Of a DNA stretch of 64,000 bases, positions 1 through 14,251 are shown piece after piece. Position 1 is the first letter of the stretch; every line of letters begins with the position of its first letter. Origin of the DNA: Auanema rhodensis (lineage: Eukaryota; Animalia; Nematoda); assembly GCA_964057225.1 (NCBI GenBank), contig OZ059897.1, positions 18,476,001 through 18,540,000 on the forward strand, read 5' to 3'. The notes beneath the pieces were generated by a model, which made no database searches, was not told where the DNA came from, and saw only the letters and a list, made by a program, of their open reading frames with translations. A program made the translations under genes and the position numbers.

Positions 1-58
1 ATTAATTCTTCAGGGTGAAAATCGAGGATATAAGTGTGAACCTATATCAGTTGATATC

Positions 59-125
59 TCGGTGCATTTTTAAGCTAGCGCAAATCTGATAACACAGATC
101 GACGCAGCTTAAAAATCCGCATCGA
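59..125. other. Long imperfect inverted repeat within the monomer (coordinates for copy 1)
   Basis: ATTTTTAAGCT (66-76) pairs with AGCTTAAAAAT (106-116) over 11 perfect bp. Inner pairs are GCG/CGC and ATCTG (84-88)/CAGAT (95-99). The outer pair TCGGTGC/GCATCGA has one G-T mismatch. Confidence 0.85.
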
Positions 126-199
126 ATGCACTATACTACATTGAGAAACGCTTAATACAAAAATTAGTTATGATCGTTTGAAAAATGATGCATTAGTGT

Positions 200-227
200 A
201 TGTTGAGTTTCCATGTACACTCAACAT
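200..227. other. 9-bp stem, 10-nt loop inverted repeat within the monomer (coordinates for copy 1)
   Basis: ATGTTGAGT-ttccatgtac-ACTCAACAT. Confidence 0.85.
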
Positions 228-240
228 TGCTTCCAAAAAC

Positions 241-275
241 ATTTTGACAAAAATTTTTTCGAAAAATTTCAAAAT
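241..275. other. A/T-tract palindromic segment within the monomer (coordinates for copy 1)
   Basis: ATTTTGA (241-247) and TCAAAAT (269-275) enclose the perfect 12-bp palindrome TTTTTCGAAAAA (255-266). Confidence 0.75.
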
Positions 276-3200
276 AATTTAGCAAAAAGTAGATGATTTT
301 AGATTCCATTTTTCAAGGCAAAGACGATGGACAATGTTATTCAACGAAAAAATTAATTCTTCAGGGTGAAAATCGAGGATATAAGTGTGAACTTATATCA
401 GTTGATATCTCGGTGCATTTTTAAGCTAGCGCAAATCTGATAACACAGATCGACGCAGCTTAAAAATCCGCATCGAATGCACTATACTACATTGAGAAAC
501 ACTTGATACAAAAATTAGTTATGATCGTTTGAAAAATGATGCATTAGTGTATGTTGAGTTTCCATGTACACTCAACATTGCTTCCAAAAACATTTTGACA
601 AAAATTTTTTCGAAAAATTTCAAAATAATTTAGCAAAAAGTAGATGTTTTAAGATTCCATTTTTCAAGGCAAAGACGATGGACAATGTTATTCAACGAAA
701 AAATTAATTCTTCAGGGTGAAAATCGAGGATATAAGTGTGAACTTATATCAGTTGATATCTCGGTGCATTTTCAAGCTAGCGCAAATCTGATAACACAGA
801 TCGACGCAGCTTAAAAATCCGCATCGAATGCACTATACTACATTGAGAAACGCTTAATACAAAAATTAGTTATGATCGTTTGAAAAATGATGCATTAGTG
901 TATGTTGAGTTTCCATGTACACTCAACATTGCTTCCAAAAACATTTTGACAAAAACTTTTTCGAAAAATTTCAAAATAATTTAGCAAAAAGTAGATGTTT
1001 TTAGATTCCTTTTTTCAAGGCAAAGACGATGGACAATGTTATTCAACGAAAAAATTAATTCTTCATGGTGAAAATCGAGGATATAAGTGTGAACCTATAT
1101 CAGTTGATATCTCGGTGCATTTTTAAGCTAGCGCAAATCTGATAACAGAGATCGACGCAGCTTAAAAATCCGCATCGAATGCACTATACTACATTGAGAA
1201 ACGCTTAATACAAAAATTAGTTATGATCGTTTGAAAAATGATGCATTAGTGTATGTTGAGTTTCCATGTACACTCAACATTGCTTCCAAAAACATTTTGA
1301 CAAAAATTTTTTCGAAAAATTTCAAAATAATTTAGCAAAAAGTAGATGTTTTTAGATTCCTTTTTTCAAGGCAAAGACGATGGACAATGTTATTCAACGA
1401 AAAAATTAATTCTTCATGGTGAAAATCGAGGATATAAGTGTGAACCTATATCAGTTGATATCTCGGTGCATTTTTAAGCTAGCGCAAATCTGATAACAGA
1501 GATCGACGCAGCTTAAAAATCCGCATCGAATGCACTATACTACATTGAGAAACACTTGATACAAAAATTAGTTATGATCGTTTGAAAAATGATGCATTAG
1601 TGTATGTTGAGTTTCCATGTACACTCAACATTGCTTCCAAAAACATTTTGACAAAAATTTTTTCGAAAAATTTCAAAATAATTTAGCAAAAAGTAGATGT
1701 TTTAAGATTCCATTTTTCAAGGCAAAGACGATGGACAATGTTATTCAACGAAAAAATTAATTCTTCAGGGTGAAAATCGAGGATATAAGTGTGAACTTAT
1801 ATCAGTTGATATCTCGGTGCATTTTCAAGCTAGCGCAAATCTGATAACACAGATCGACGCAGCTTAAAAATCCGCATCGAATGCACTATACTACATTGAG
1901 AAACGCTTAATACAAAAATTAGTTATGATCGTTTGAAAAATGATGCATTAGTGTATGTTGAGTTTCCATGTACACTCAACATTGCTTCCAAAAACATTTT
2001 GACAAAAACTTTTTCGAAAAATTTCAAAATAATTTAGCAAAAAGTAGATGTTTTTAGATTCCTTTTTTCAAGGCAAAGACGATGGACAATGTTATTCAAC
2101 GAAAAAATTAATTCTTCAGGGTGAAAATCGAGGATATAAGTGTGAACCTATATCAGTTGATATCTCGGTGCATTTTTAAGCTAGCGCAAATCTGATAACA
2201 CAGATCGACGCAGCTTAAAAATCCGCATCGAATGCACTATACTACATTGAGAAACGCTTAATACAAAAATTAGTTATGATCGTTTGAAAAATGATGCATT
2301 AGTGTATGTTGAGTTTCCATGTACACTCAACATTGCTTCCAAAAACATTTTGACAAAAATTTTTTCGAAAAATTTCAAAATAATTTAGCAAAAAGTAGAT
2401 GATTTTAGATTCCATTTTTCAAGGCAAAGACGATGGACAATGTTATTCAACGAAAAAATTAATTCTTCAGGGTGAAAATCGAGGATATAAGTGTGAACTT
2501 ATATCAGTTGATATCTCGGTGCATTTTTAAGCTAGCGCAAATCTGATAACACAGATCGACGCAGCTTAAAAATCCGCATCGAATGCACTATACTACATTG
2601 AGAAACACTTGATACAAAAATTAGTTATGATCGTTTGAAAAATGATGCATTAGTGTATGTTGAGTTTCCATGTACACTCAACATTGCTTCCAAAAACATT
2701 TTGACAAAAATTTTTTCGAAAAATTTCAAAATAATTTAGCAAAAAGTAGATGTTTTAAGATTCCATTTTTCAAGGCAAAGACGATGGACAATGTTATTCA
2801 ACGAAAAAATTAATTCTTCAGGGTGAAAATCGAGGATATAAGTGTGAACTTATATCAGTTGATATCTCGGTGCATTTTCAAGCTAGCGCAAATCTGATAA
2901 CACAGATCGACGCAGCTTAAAAATCCGCATCGAATGCACTATACTACATTGAGAAACGCTTAATACAAAAATTAGTTATGATCGTTTGAAAAATGATGCA
3001 TTAGTGTATGTTGAGTTTCCATGTACACTCAACATTGCTTCCAAAAACATTTTGACAAAAACTTTTTCGAAAAATTTCAAAATAATTTAGCAAAAAGTAG
3101 ATGTTTTTAGATTCCTTTTTTCAAGGCAAAGACGATGGACAATGTTATTCAACGAAAAAATTAATTCTTCATGGTGAAAATCGAGGATATAAGTGTGAAC

Positions 3201-6200
3201 CTATATCAGTTGATATCTCGGTGCATTTTTAAGCTAGCGCAAATCTGATAACAGAGATCGACGCAGCTTAAAAATCCGCATCGAATGCACTATACTACAT
3301 TGAGAAACGCTTAATACAAAAATTAGTTATGATCGTTTGAAAAATGATGCATTAGTGTATGTTGAGTTTCCATGTACACTCAACATTGCTTCCAAAAACA
3401 TTTTGACAAAAATTTTTTCGAAAAATTTCAAAATAATTCAGCAAAAAGTAGATGTTTTTAGATTCCTTTTTTCAAGGCAAAGACGATGGACAATGTTATT
3501 CAACGAAAAAATTATTTCTTCAGGGTGAAAATCGAGGATATAAGTGTGAACTTATATCAGTTGATATCTCGGTGCATTTTTAAGCTAGCGCAAATCTGAT
3601 AACACAGATCGACGCAGCTTAAAAATCCGCATCGAATGCACTATACTACATTGAGAAACGCGTGATACAAAAATTAGTTATGATCGTTTGAAAAATGATG
3701 CATTAGTGTATGTTGAGTTTCCATGTACACTCAACATTGCTTCCAAAAACATTTTGACAAAAATTTTTTCGAAAAATTTCAAAATAATTTAGCAAAAAGT
3801 AGATGTTTTTAGATTCCTTTTTTCAAGGCAAAGACGATGGACAATGTTATTCAACGAAAAAATTATTTCTTCAGGGTGAAAATCGAGGATATAAGTGTGA
3901 ACTTATATCAGTTGATATCTCGGTGCATTTTTAAGCTAGCGCAAATCTGATAACACAGATCGACGCAGCTTAAAAATCCGCATCGAATGCACTATACTAC
4001 ATTGAGAAACACTTGATACAAAAATTAGTTATGATCGTTTGAAAAATGATGCATTAGTGTATGTTGAGTTTCCATGTACACTCAACATTGCTTCCAAAAA
4101 CATTTTGACAAAAATTTTTTCGAAAAATTTCAAAATAATTTAGCAAAAAGTAGATGTTTTTAGATTCCATTTTTCAAGGCAAAGACGATGGACAATGTTA
4201 TTCAACGAAAAAATTAATTCTTCAGGGTGAAAATCGAGGATATAAGTGTGAACTTATATCAGTTGATATCTCGGTGCATTTTTAAGCTAGCGCAAATCTG
4301 ATAACACAGATCGACGCAGCTTAAAAATCCGCATCGAATGCACTATACTACATTGAGAAACACTTGATACAAAAATTAGTTATGATCGTTTGAAAAATGA
4401 TGCATTAGTGTATGTTGAGTTTCCATGTACACTCAACATTGCTTCCAAAAACATTTTGACAAAAATTTTTTCGAAAAATTTCAAAATAATTTAGCAAAAA
4501 GTAGATGTTTTTAGATTCCTTTTTTCAAGGCAAAGACGATGGACAATGTTATTCAACGAAAAAATTAATTCTTCATGGTGAAAATCGAGGATATAAGTGT
4601 GAACCTATATCAGTTGATATCTCGGTGCATTTTTAAGCTAGCGCAAATCTGATAACAGAGATCGACGCAGCTTAAAAATCCGCATCGAATGCACTATACT
4701 ACATTGAGAAACACTTGATACAAAAATTAGTTATGATCGTTTGAAAAATGATGCATTAGTGTATGTTGAGTTTCCATGTACACTCAACATTGCTTCCAAA
4801 AACATTTTGACAAAAATTTTTTCGAAAAATTTCAAAATAATTTAGCAAAAAGTAGATGTTTTAAGATTCCATTTTTCAAGGCAAAGACGATGGACAATGT
4901 TATTCAACGAAAAAATTAATTCTTCAGGGTGAAAATCGAGGATATAAGTGTGAACTTATATCAGTTGATATCTCGGTGCATTTTCAAGCTAGCGCAAATC
5001 TGATAACACAGATCGACGCAGCTTAAAAATCCGCATCGAATGCACTATACTACATTGAGAAACGCTTAATACAAAAATTAGTTATGATCGTTTGAAAAAT
5101 GATGCATTAGTGTATGTTGAGTTTCCATGTACACTCAACATTGCTTCCAAAAACATTTTGACAAAAACTTTTTCGAAAAATTTCAAAATAATTTAGCAAA
5201 AAGTAGATGTTTTTAGATTCCTTTTTTCAAGGCAAAGACGATGGACAATGTTATTCAACGAAAAAATTAATTCTTCATGGTGAAAATCGAGGATATAAGT
5301 GTGAACCTATATCAGTTGATATCTCGGTGCATTTTTAAGCTAGCGCAAATCTGATAACAGAGATCGACGCAGCTTAAAAATCCGCATCGAATGCACTATA
5401 CTACATTGAGAAACGCTTAATACAAAAATTAGTTATGATCGTTTGAAAAATGATGCATTAGTGTATGTTGAGTTTCCATGTACACTCAACATTGCTTCCA
5501 AAAACATTTTGACAAAAATTTTTTCGAAAAATTTCAAAATAATTTAGCAAAAAGTAGATGTTTTTAGATTCCTTTTTTCAAGGCAAAGACGATGGACAAT
5601 GTTATTCAACGAAAAAATTATTTCTTCAGGGTGAAAATCGAGGATATAAGTGTGAACTTATATCAGTTGATATCTCGGTGCATTTTTAAGCTAGCGCAAA
5701 TCTGATAACACAGATCGACGCAGCTTAAAAATCCGCATCGAATGCACTATACTACATTGAGAAACGCGTGATACAAAAATTAGTTATGATCGTTTGAAAA
5801 ATGATGCATTAGTGTATGTTGAGTTTCCATGTACACTCAACATTGCTTCCAAAAACATTTTGACAAAAATTTTTTCGAAAAATTTCAAAATAATTTAGCA
5901 AAAAGTAGATGTTTTTAGATTCCTTTTTTCAAGGCAAAGACGATGGACAATGTTATTCAACGAAAAAATTATTTCTTCAGGGTGAAAATCGAGGATATAA
6001 GTGTGAACTTATATCAGTTGATATCTCGGTGCATTTTTAAGCTAGCGCAAATCTGATAACACAGATCGACGCAGCTTAAAAATCCGCATCGAATGCACTA
6101 TACTACATTGAGAAACACTTGATACAAAAATTAGTTATGATCGTTTGAAAAATGATGCATTAGTGTATGTTGAGTTTCCATGTACACTCAACATTGCTTC

Positions 6201-9200
6201 CAAAAACATTTTGACAAAAATTTTTTCGAAAAATTTCAAAATAATTTAGCAAAAAGTAGATGTTTTTAGATTCCATTTTTCAAGGCAAAGACGATGGACA
6301 ATGTTATTCAACGAAAAAATTAATTCTTCAGGGTGAAAATCGAGGATATAAGTGTGAACTTATATCAGTTGATATCTCGGTGCATTTTTAAGCTAGCGCA
6401 AATCTGATAACACAGATCGACGCAGCTTAAAAATCCGCATCGAATGCACTATACTACATTGAGAAACACTTGATACAAAAATTAGTTATGATCGTTTGAA
6501 AAATGATGCATTAGTGTATGTTGAGTTTCCATGTACACTCAACATTGCTTCCAAAAACATTTTGACAAAAATTTTTTCGAAAAATTTCAAAATAATTTAG
6601 CAAAAAGTAGATGTTTTTAGATTCCATTTTTCAAGGCAAAGACGATGGACAATGTTATTCAACGAAAAAATTAATTCTTCAGGGTGAAAATCGAGGATAT
6701 AAGTGTGAACTTATATCAGTTGATATCTCGGTGCATTTTTAAGCTAGCGCAAATCTGATAACACAGATCGACGCAGCTTAAAAATCCGCATCGAATGCAC
6801 TATACTACATTGAGAAACACTTGATACAAAAATTAGTTATGATCGTTTGAAAAATGATGCATTAGTGTATGTTGAGTTTCCATGTACACTCAACATTGCT
6901 TCCAAAAACATTTTGACAAAAATTTTTTCGAAAAATTTCAAAATAATTTAGCAAAAAGTAGATGTTTTAAGATTCCATTTTTCAAGGCAAAGACGATGGA
7001 CAATGTTATTCAACGAAAAAATTAATTCTTCAGGGTGAAAATCGAGGATATAAGTGTGAACTTATATCAGTTGATATCTCGGTGCATTTTCAAGCTAGCG
7101 CAAATCTGATAACACAGATCGACGCAGCTTAAAAATCCGCATCGAATGCACTATACTACATTGAGAAACGCTTAATACAAAAATTAGTTATGATCGTTTG
7201 AAAAATGATGCATTAGTGTATGTTGAGTTTCCATGTACACTCAACATTGCTTCCAAAAACATTTTGACAAAAACTTTTTCGAAAAATTTCAAAATAATTT
7301 AGCAAAAAGTAGATGTTTTTAGATTCCTTTTTTCAAGGCAAAGACGATGGACAATGTTATTCAACGAAAAAATTAATTCTTCATGGTGAAAATCGAGGAT
7401 ATAAGTGTGAACCTATATCAGTTGATATCTCGGTGCATTTTTAAGCTAGCGCAAATCTGATAACACAGATCGACGCAGCTTAAAAATCCGCATCGAATGC
7501 ACTATACTACATTGAGAAACGCTTAATACAAAAATTAGTTATGATCGTTTGAAAAATGATGCATTAGTGTATGTTGAGTTTCCATGTACACTCAACATTG
7601 CTTCCAAAAACATTTTGACAAAAATTTTTTCGAAAAATTTCAAAATAATTTAGCAAAAAGTAGATGTTTTTAGATTCCTTTTTTCAAGGCAAAGACGATG
7701 GACAATGTTATTCAACGAAAAAATTATTTCTTCAGGGTGAAAATCGAGGATATAAGTGTGAACTTATATCAGTTGATATCTCGGTGCATTTTTAAGCTAG
7801 CGCAAATCTGATAACACAGATCGACGCAGCTTAAAAATCCGCATCGAATGCACTATACTACATTGAGAAACGCGTGATACAAAAATTAGTTATGATCGTT
7901 TGAAAAATGATGCATTAGTGTATGTTGAGTTTCCATGTACACTCAACATTGCTTCCAAAAACATTTTGACAAAAATTTTTTCGAAAAATTTCAAAATAAT
8001 TTAGCAAAAAGTAGATGTTTTTAGATTCCTTTTTTCAAGGCAAAGACGATGGACAATGTTATTCAACGAAAAAATTATTTCTTCAGGGTGAAAATCGAGG
8101 ATATAAGTGTGAACTTATATCAGTTGATATCTCGGTGCATTTTTAAGCTAGCGCAAATCTGATAACACAGATCGACGCAGCTTAAAAATCCGCATCGAAT
8201 GCACTATACTACATTGAGAAACACTTGATACAAAAATTAGTTATGATCGTTTGAAAAATGATGCATTAGTGTATGTTGAGTTTCCATGTACACTCAACAT
8301 TGCTTCCAAAAACATTTTGACAAAAATTTTTTCGAAAAATTTCAAAATAATTTAGCAAAAAGTAGATGTTTTTAGATTCCATTTTTCAAGGCAAAGACGA
8401 TGGACAATGTTATTCAACGAAAAAATTAATTCTTCAGGGTGAAAATCGAGGATATAAGTGTGAACTTATATCAGTTGATATCTCGGTGCATTTTTAAGCT
8501 AGCGCAAATCTGATAACACAGATCGACGCAGCTTAAAAATCCGCATCGAATGCACTATACTACATTGAGAAACACTTGATACAAAAATTAGTTATGATCG
8601 TTTGAAAAATGATGCATTAGTGTATGTTGAGTTTCCATGTACACTCAACATTGCTTCCAAAAACATTTTGACAAAAATTTTTTCGAAAAATTTCAAAATA
8701 ATTTAGCAAAAAGTAGATGTTTTAAGATTCCATTTTTCAAGGCAAAGACGATGGACAATGTTATTCAACGAAAAAATTAATTCTTCAGGGTGAAAATCGA
8801 GGATATAAGTGTGAACTTATATCAGTTGATATCTCGGTGCATTTTCAAGCTAGCGCAAATCTGATAACACAGATCGACGCAGCTTAAAAATCCGCATCGA
8901 ATGCACTATACTACATTGAGAAACGCTTAATACAAAAATTAGTTATGATCGTTTGAAAAATGATGCATTAGTGTATGTTGAGTTTCCATGTACACTCAAC
9001 ATTGCTTCCAAAAACATTTTGACAAAAACTTTTTCGAAAAATTTCAAAATAATTTAGCAAAAAGTAGATGTTTTTAGATTCCTTTTTTCAAGGCAAAGAC
9101 GATGGACAATGTTATTCAACGAAAAAATTAATTCTTCAGGGTGAAAATCGAGGATATAAGTGTGAACCTATATCAGTTGATATCTCGGTGCATTTTTAAG

Positions 9201-12200
9201 CTAGCGCAAATCTGATAACACAGATCGACGCAGCTTAAAAATCCGCATCGAATGCACTATACTACATTGAGAAACGCTTAATACAAAAATTAGTTATGAT
9301 CGTTTGAAAAATGATGCATTAGTGTATGTTGAGTTTCCATGTACACTCAACATTGCTTCCAAAAACATTTTGACAAAAATTTTTTCGAAAAATTTCAAAA
9401 TAATTTAGCAAAAAGTAGATGTTTTTAGATTCCTTTTTTCAAGGCAAAGACGATGGACAATGTTATTCAACGAAAAAATTATTTCTTCAGGGTGAAAATC
9501 GAGGATATAAGTGTGAACTTATATCAGTTGATATCTCGGTGCATTTTTCAGCTAGCGCAAATCTGATAACACAGATCGACGCAGCTTAAAAATCCGCATC
9601 GAATGCACTATACTACATTGAGAAACGCGTGATACAAAAATTAGTTATGATCGTTTGAAAAATGATGCATTAGTGTATGTTGAGTTTCCATGTACACTCA
9701 ACATTGCTTCCAAAAACATTTTGACAAAAATTTTTTCGAAAAATTTCAAAATAATTTAGCAAAAAGTAGATGTTTTTAGATTCCTTTTTTCAAGGCAAAG
9801 ACGATGGACAATGTTATTCAACGAAAAAATTATTTCTTCAGGGTGAAAATCGAGGATATAAGTGTGAACTTATATCAGTTGATATCTCGGTGCATTTTTC
9901 AGCTAGCGCAAATCTGATAACACAGATCGACGCAGTTTAAAAATCCGCATCGAATGCACTATACTACATTGAGAAACGCTTAATACAAAAATTAGTTATG
10001 ATCGTTTGAAAAATGATGCATTAGTGTATGTTGAGTTTCCATGTACACTCAACATTGCTTCCAAAAACATTTTGACAAAAATTTTTTCGAAAAATTTCAA
10101 AATAATTTAGCAAAAAGTAGATGTTTTTAGATTCCTTTTTTCAAGGCAAAGACGATGGACAATGTTATTCAACGAAAAGATTATTTCTTCAGGGTGAAAA
10201 TCGAGGATATAAGTGTTAACTTATATCAGTTGATATCTCGGTGCAATTTTAAGCTAGCGCAAATCTGATAACACAGATCGACGCAGCTTAAAAATCCGCA
10301 TCGAATGCACTATACTACATTGAAAAACGCTTGATACAAAAATTAGTTATGATCGTTTGAAAAATGATGCATTAGTGTATGTTGAGTTTCCATGTACACT
10401 CAACATTGCTTCCAAAAACATTTTGACAAAAATTTTTTCGAAAAATTTCAAAATAATTTAGCAAAAAGTAGATGTTTTTAGATTCCTTTTTTCAAGGCAA
10501 AGACGATGGACAATGTTATTCAACGAAAAAATTATTTCTTCAGGGTGAAAATCGAGGATATAAGTGTGAACTTATATCAGTTGATATCTCGGTGCATTTT
10601 TAAGCTAGCGCAAATCTGATAACACAGATCGACGCAGCTTAAAAATCCGCATCGAGTGCACTATACTACATTGAGAAACGCTTAATACAAAAATTAGTTA
10701 TGATTGTTTGAAAAATGATGCATTAGTGTATGTTGAGTTTCCATGTACACTCAACATTGCTTCCAAAAACATTTTGACAAAAATTTTTTCGAAAAATTTC
10801 AAAATAATTTAGCAAAAAGTAGATGTTTTTAGATTCCTTTTTTCAAGGCAAAGACGATGGACAATGTTATTCAACGAAAAAATTATTTCTTCAGGGTGAA
10901 AATCGAGGATATAAGTGTGAACTTATATCAGTTGATATCTCGGTGCATTTTTAAGCTAGCGCAAATCTGATAACACAGATCGACGCAGCTTAAAAATCCG
11001 CATCGAATGCACTATACTACATTGAGAAACGCGTGATACAAAAATTAGTTATGATCGTTTGAAAAATGATGCATTAGTGTATGTTGAGTTTCCATGTACA
11101 CTCAACATTGCTTCCAAAAACATTTTGACAAAAATTTTTTCGAAAAATTTCAAAATAATTTAGCAAAAAGTAGATGTTTTTAGATTCCTTTTTTCAAGGC
11201 AAAAACGATGAACAATGTTATTCAACGAAAAAATTATTTCTTCAGGGTGAAAATCGAGGATATAAGTGTGAACTTATATCAGTTGATATCTCGGTGCATT
11301 TTTAAGCTAGCGCAAATCTGATAACACAGATCGACGCAGCTTAAAAATCCGCATCGAATGCACTATACTACATTGAGAAACGCGTGATACAAAAATTAGT
11401 TATGATCGTTTGAAAAATGATGCATTAGTGTATGTTGAGTTTCCATGTACACTCAACATTGCTTCCAAAAACATTTTGACAAAAATTTTTTCGAAAAATT
11501 TCAAAATAATTTAGCAAAAAGTAGATGTTTTTAGATTCCTTTTTTCAAGGCAAAGACGATGGACAATGTTATTCAACGAAAAAATTATTTCTTCAGGGTG
11601 AAAATCGAGGATATAAGTGTGAACTTATATCAGTTGATATCTCGGTGCATTTTTAAGCTAGCGCAAATCTGATAACACAGATCGACGCAGCTTAAAAATC
11701 CGCATCGAATGCACTATACTACATTGAGAAACGCGTGATACAAAAATTAGTTATGATCGTTTGAAAAATGATGCATTAGTGTATGTTGAGTTTCCATGTA
11801 CACTCAACATTGCTTCCAAAAACATTTTGACAAAAATTTTTTCGAAAATCTTCAAAATAATTTAGCAAAAAGTAGATGTTTTTAGATTCCTTTTTTCAAG
11901 GCAAAGACGATGGACAATGTTATTCAACGAAAAAATTATTTCTTCAGGGTGAAAATCGAGGATATAAGTGTGAACTTATATCAGTTGATATCTCGGTGCA
12001 TTTTTAAGCTAGCGCAAATCTGATAACACAGATCGACGCAGCTTAAAAATCCGCATCGAATGCACTATACTACATTGAAAAACGCTTGATACAAAAATTA
12101 GTTATGATCGTTTGAAAAATGATGCATTAGTGTATGTTGAGTTTCCATGTACACTCAACATTGCTTCCAAAAACATTTTGACAAAAATTTTTTCGAAAAA

Positions 12201-14251
12201 TTTCAAAATAATTTAGCAAAAAGTAGATGTTTTTAGATTCCTTTTTTCAAGGCAAAGACGATGGACAATGTTATTCAACGAAAAAATTATTTCTTCAGGG
12301 TGAAAATCGAGGATATAAGTGTGAACTTATATTAGTTGATATCTCGGTGCATTTTTAAGCTAGCGCAAATCTGATAACACAGATCGACGCAGCTTAAAAA
12401 TCCGCATCGAATGCACTATACTACATTGAAAAACGCTTGATACAAAAATTAGTTATGATCGTTTGAAAAATGATGCATTAGTGTATGTTGAGTTTCCATG
12501 TACACTCAACATTGCTTCCAAAAACATTTTGACAAAAATTTTTTCGAAAAATTTCAAAATAATTTAGCAAAAAGTAGATGTTTTTAGATTCCTTTTTTCA
12601 AGGCAAAGACGATGGACAATGCTATTCAACGAAAAAATTATTTCTTCAGGGTGAAAATCGAGGATATAAGTGTGAACTTATATCAGTTGATATCTCGGTG
12701 CATTTTTAAGCTAGCGCAAATCTGATAACACAGATCGACGCAGCTTAAAAATCCGCATCGAATGCACTATATTACATTGAAAAACGCTTGATACAAAAAT
12801 TAGTTATGATCGTTTGAAAAATGATGCATTAGTGTATGTTGAGTTTCCATGTACACTCAACATTGCTTCCAAAAACATTTTGACAAAAATTTTGTCGAAA
12901 ATCTTCAAAATAATTTAGCAAAAAGTAGATGTTTTTAGATTCCTTTTTTCAAGGCAAAGACGATGGACAATGCTATTCAACGAAAAAATTATTTCTTCAG
13001 GGTGAAAATCGAGGATATAAGTGTGAACTTATATCAGTTGATATCTCGGTGCATTTTTAAGCTAGCGCAAATCTGATAACACAGATCGACGCAGCTTAAA
13101 AATCCGCATCGAATGCACTATACTACATTGAAAAACGCTTGATACAAAAATTAGTTATGATCGTTTGAAAAATGATGCATTAGTGTATGTTGAGTTTCCA
13201 TGTACACTCAACATTGCTTCCAAAAACATTTTGACAAAAATTTTTTCGAAAAATTTCAAAATAATTTAGCAAAAAGTAGATGTTTTTAGATTCCTTTTTT
13301 CAAGGCAAAGACGATGGACAATGTTATTCAACGAAAAAATTATTTCTTCAGGGTGAAAATCGAGGATATAAGTGTGAACTTATATCAGTTGATATCTCGG
13401 TGCATTTTTAAGCTAGCGCAAATCTGATAACACAGATCGACGCAGCTTAAAAATCCGCATCGAATGCACTATACTACATTGAAAAACGCTTGATACAAAA
13501 ATTAGTTATGATCGTTTGAAAAATGATGCATTAGTGTATGTTGAGTTTCCATGTACACTCAACATTGCTTCCAAAAACATTTTGACAAAAATTTTTTCGA
13601 AAAATTTCAAAATAATTTAGCAAAAAGTAGATGTTTTTAGATTCCTTTTTTCAAGGCAAAGACGATGGACAATGCTATTCAACGAAAAAATTATTTCTTC
13701 AGGGTGAAAATCGAGGATATAAGTGTGAACTTATATCAGTTGATATCTCGGTGCATTTTTAAGCTAGCGCAAATCTGATAACACAGATCGACGCAGCTTA
13801 AAAATCCGCATCGAATGCACTATACTACATTGAAAAACGCTTGATACAAAAATTAGTTATGATCGTTTGAAAAATGATGCATTAGTGTATGTTGAGTTTC
13901 CATGTACACTCAACATTGCTTCCAAAAACATTTTGACAAAAATTTTGTCGAAAATCTTCAAAATAATTTAGCAAAAAGTAGATGTTTTTAGATTCCTTTT
14001 TTCAAGGCAAAGACGATGGACAATGCTATTCAACGAAAAAATTATTTCTTCAGGGTGAAAATCGAGGATATAAGTGTGAACTTATATCAGTTGATATCTC
14101 GGTGCATTTTTAAGCTAGCGCAAATCTGATAACACAGATCGACGCAGCTTAAAAATCCGCATCGAATGCACTATACTACATTGAAAAACGCTTGATACAA
14201 AAATTAGTTATGATCGTTTGAAAAATGATGCATTAGTGTATGTTGAGTTTC

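Larger units (their letters stand above)
1..9477 (+). repeat. Irregular higher-order repeat domain (3/5/6-monomer periods)
   Basis: A marker monomer carrying both TTTTCAAGCT and CAAAAACTTTT starts at 703, 1756, 2809, 4915, 7021 and 8776 (spacings 3,3,6,6,5). Each time it is preceded by a monomer with GTTTTAAGA. Confidence 0.85.

Noticed and set aside
7-13. Hammerhead ribozyme core CUGANGA on the minus strand (CTGAAGA); some satellites encode hammerheads
   Set aside because: I could not find helices I-III or a correctly placed GAAA and cleavage triplet. The plus-strand CTGATAA breaks the consensus. An Infernal/Rfam scan would settle it.
235-313. Helically phased A-tracts (intrinsic curvature)
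   Set aside because: Tracts are abundant, but start spacings (about 14, 13, 9, 13 bp) are not a clean 10-11 bp phase. A curvature calculation would be needed.
333-349. CENP-B box-like motif on the minus strand (TTTCGTTGAATAACATT)
   Set aside because: It matches only the 5' TTCG half of the box. The essential CGGG is absent.
1-351. Assignment to a named satellite family, or an internal ~175-bp dimer structure
   Set aside because: The length resembles several ~350-360-bp insect satellites, but I do not recognise the sequence. The two halves show no convincing similarity by eye.
3337-3528. 63-aa ORF (TTG start)
   Set aside because: It is an ordinary satellite monomer with TAG>CAG at 3439. The frame is interrupted in essentially all other copies and has no recognisable domain.
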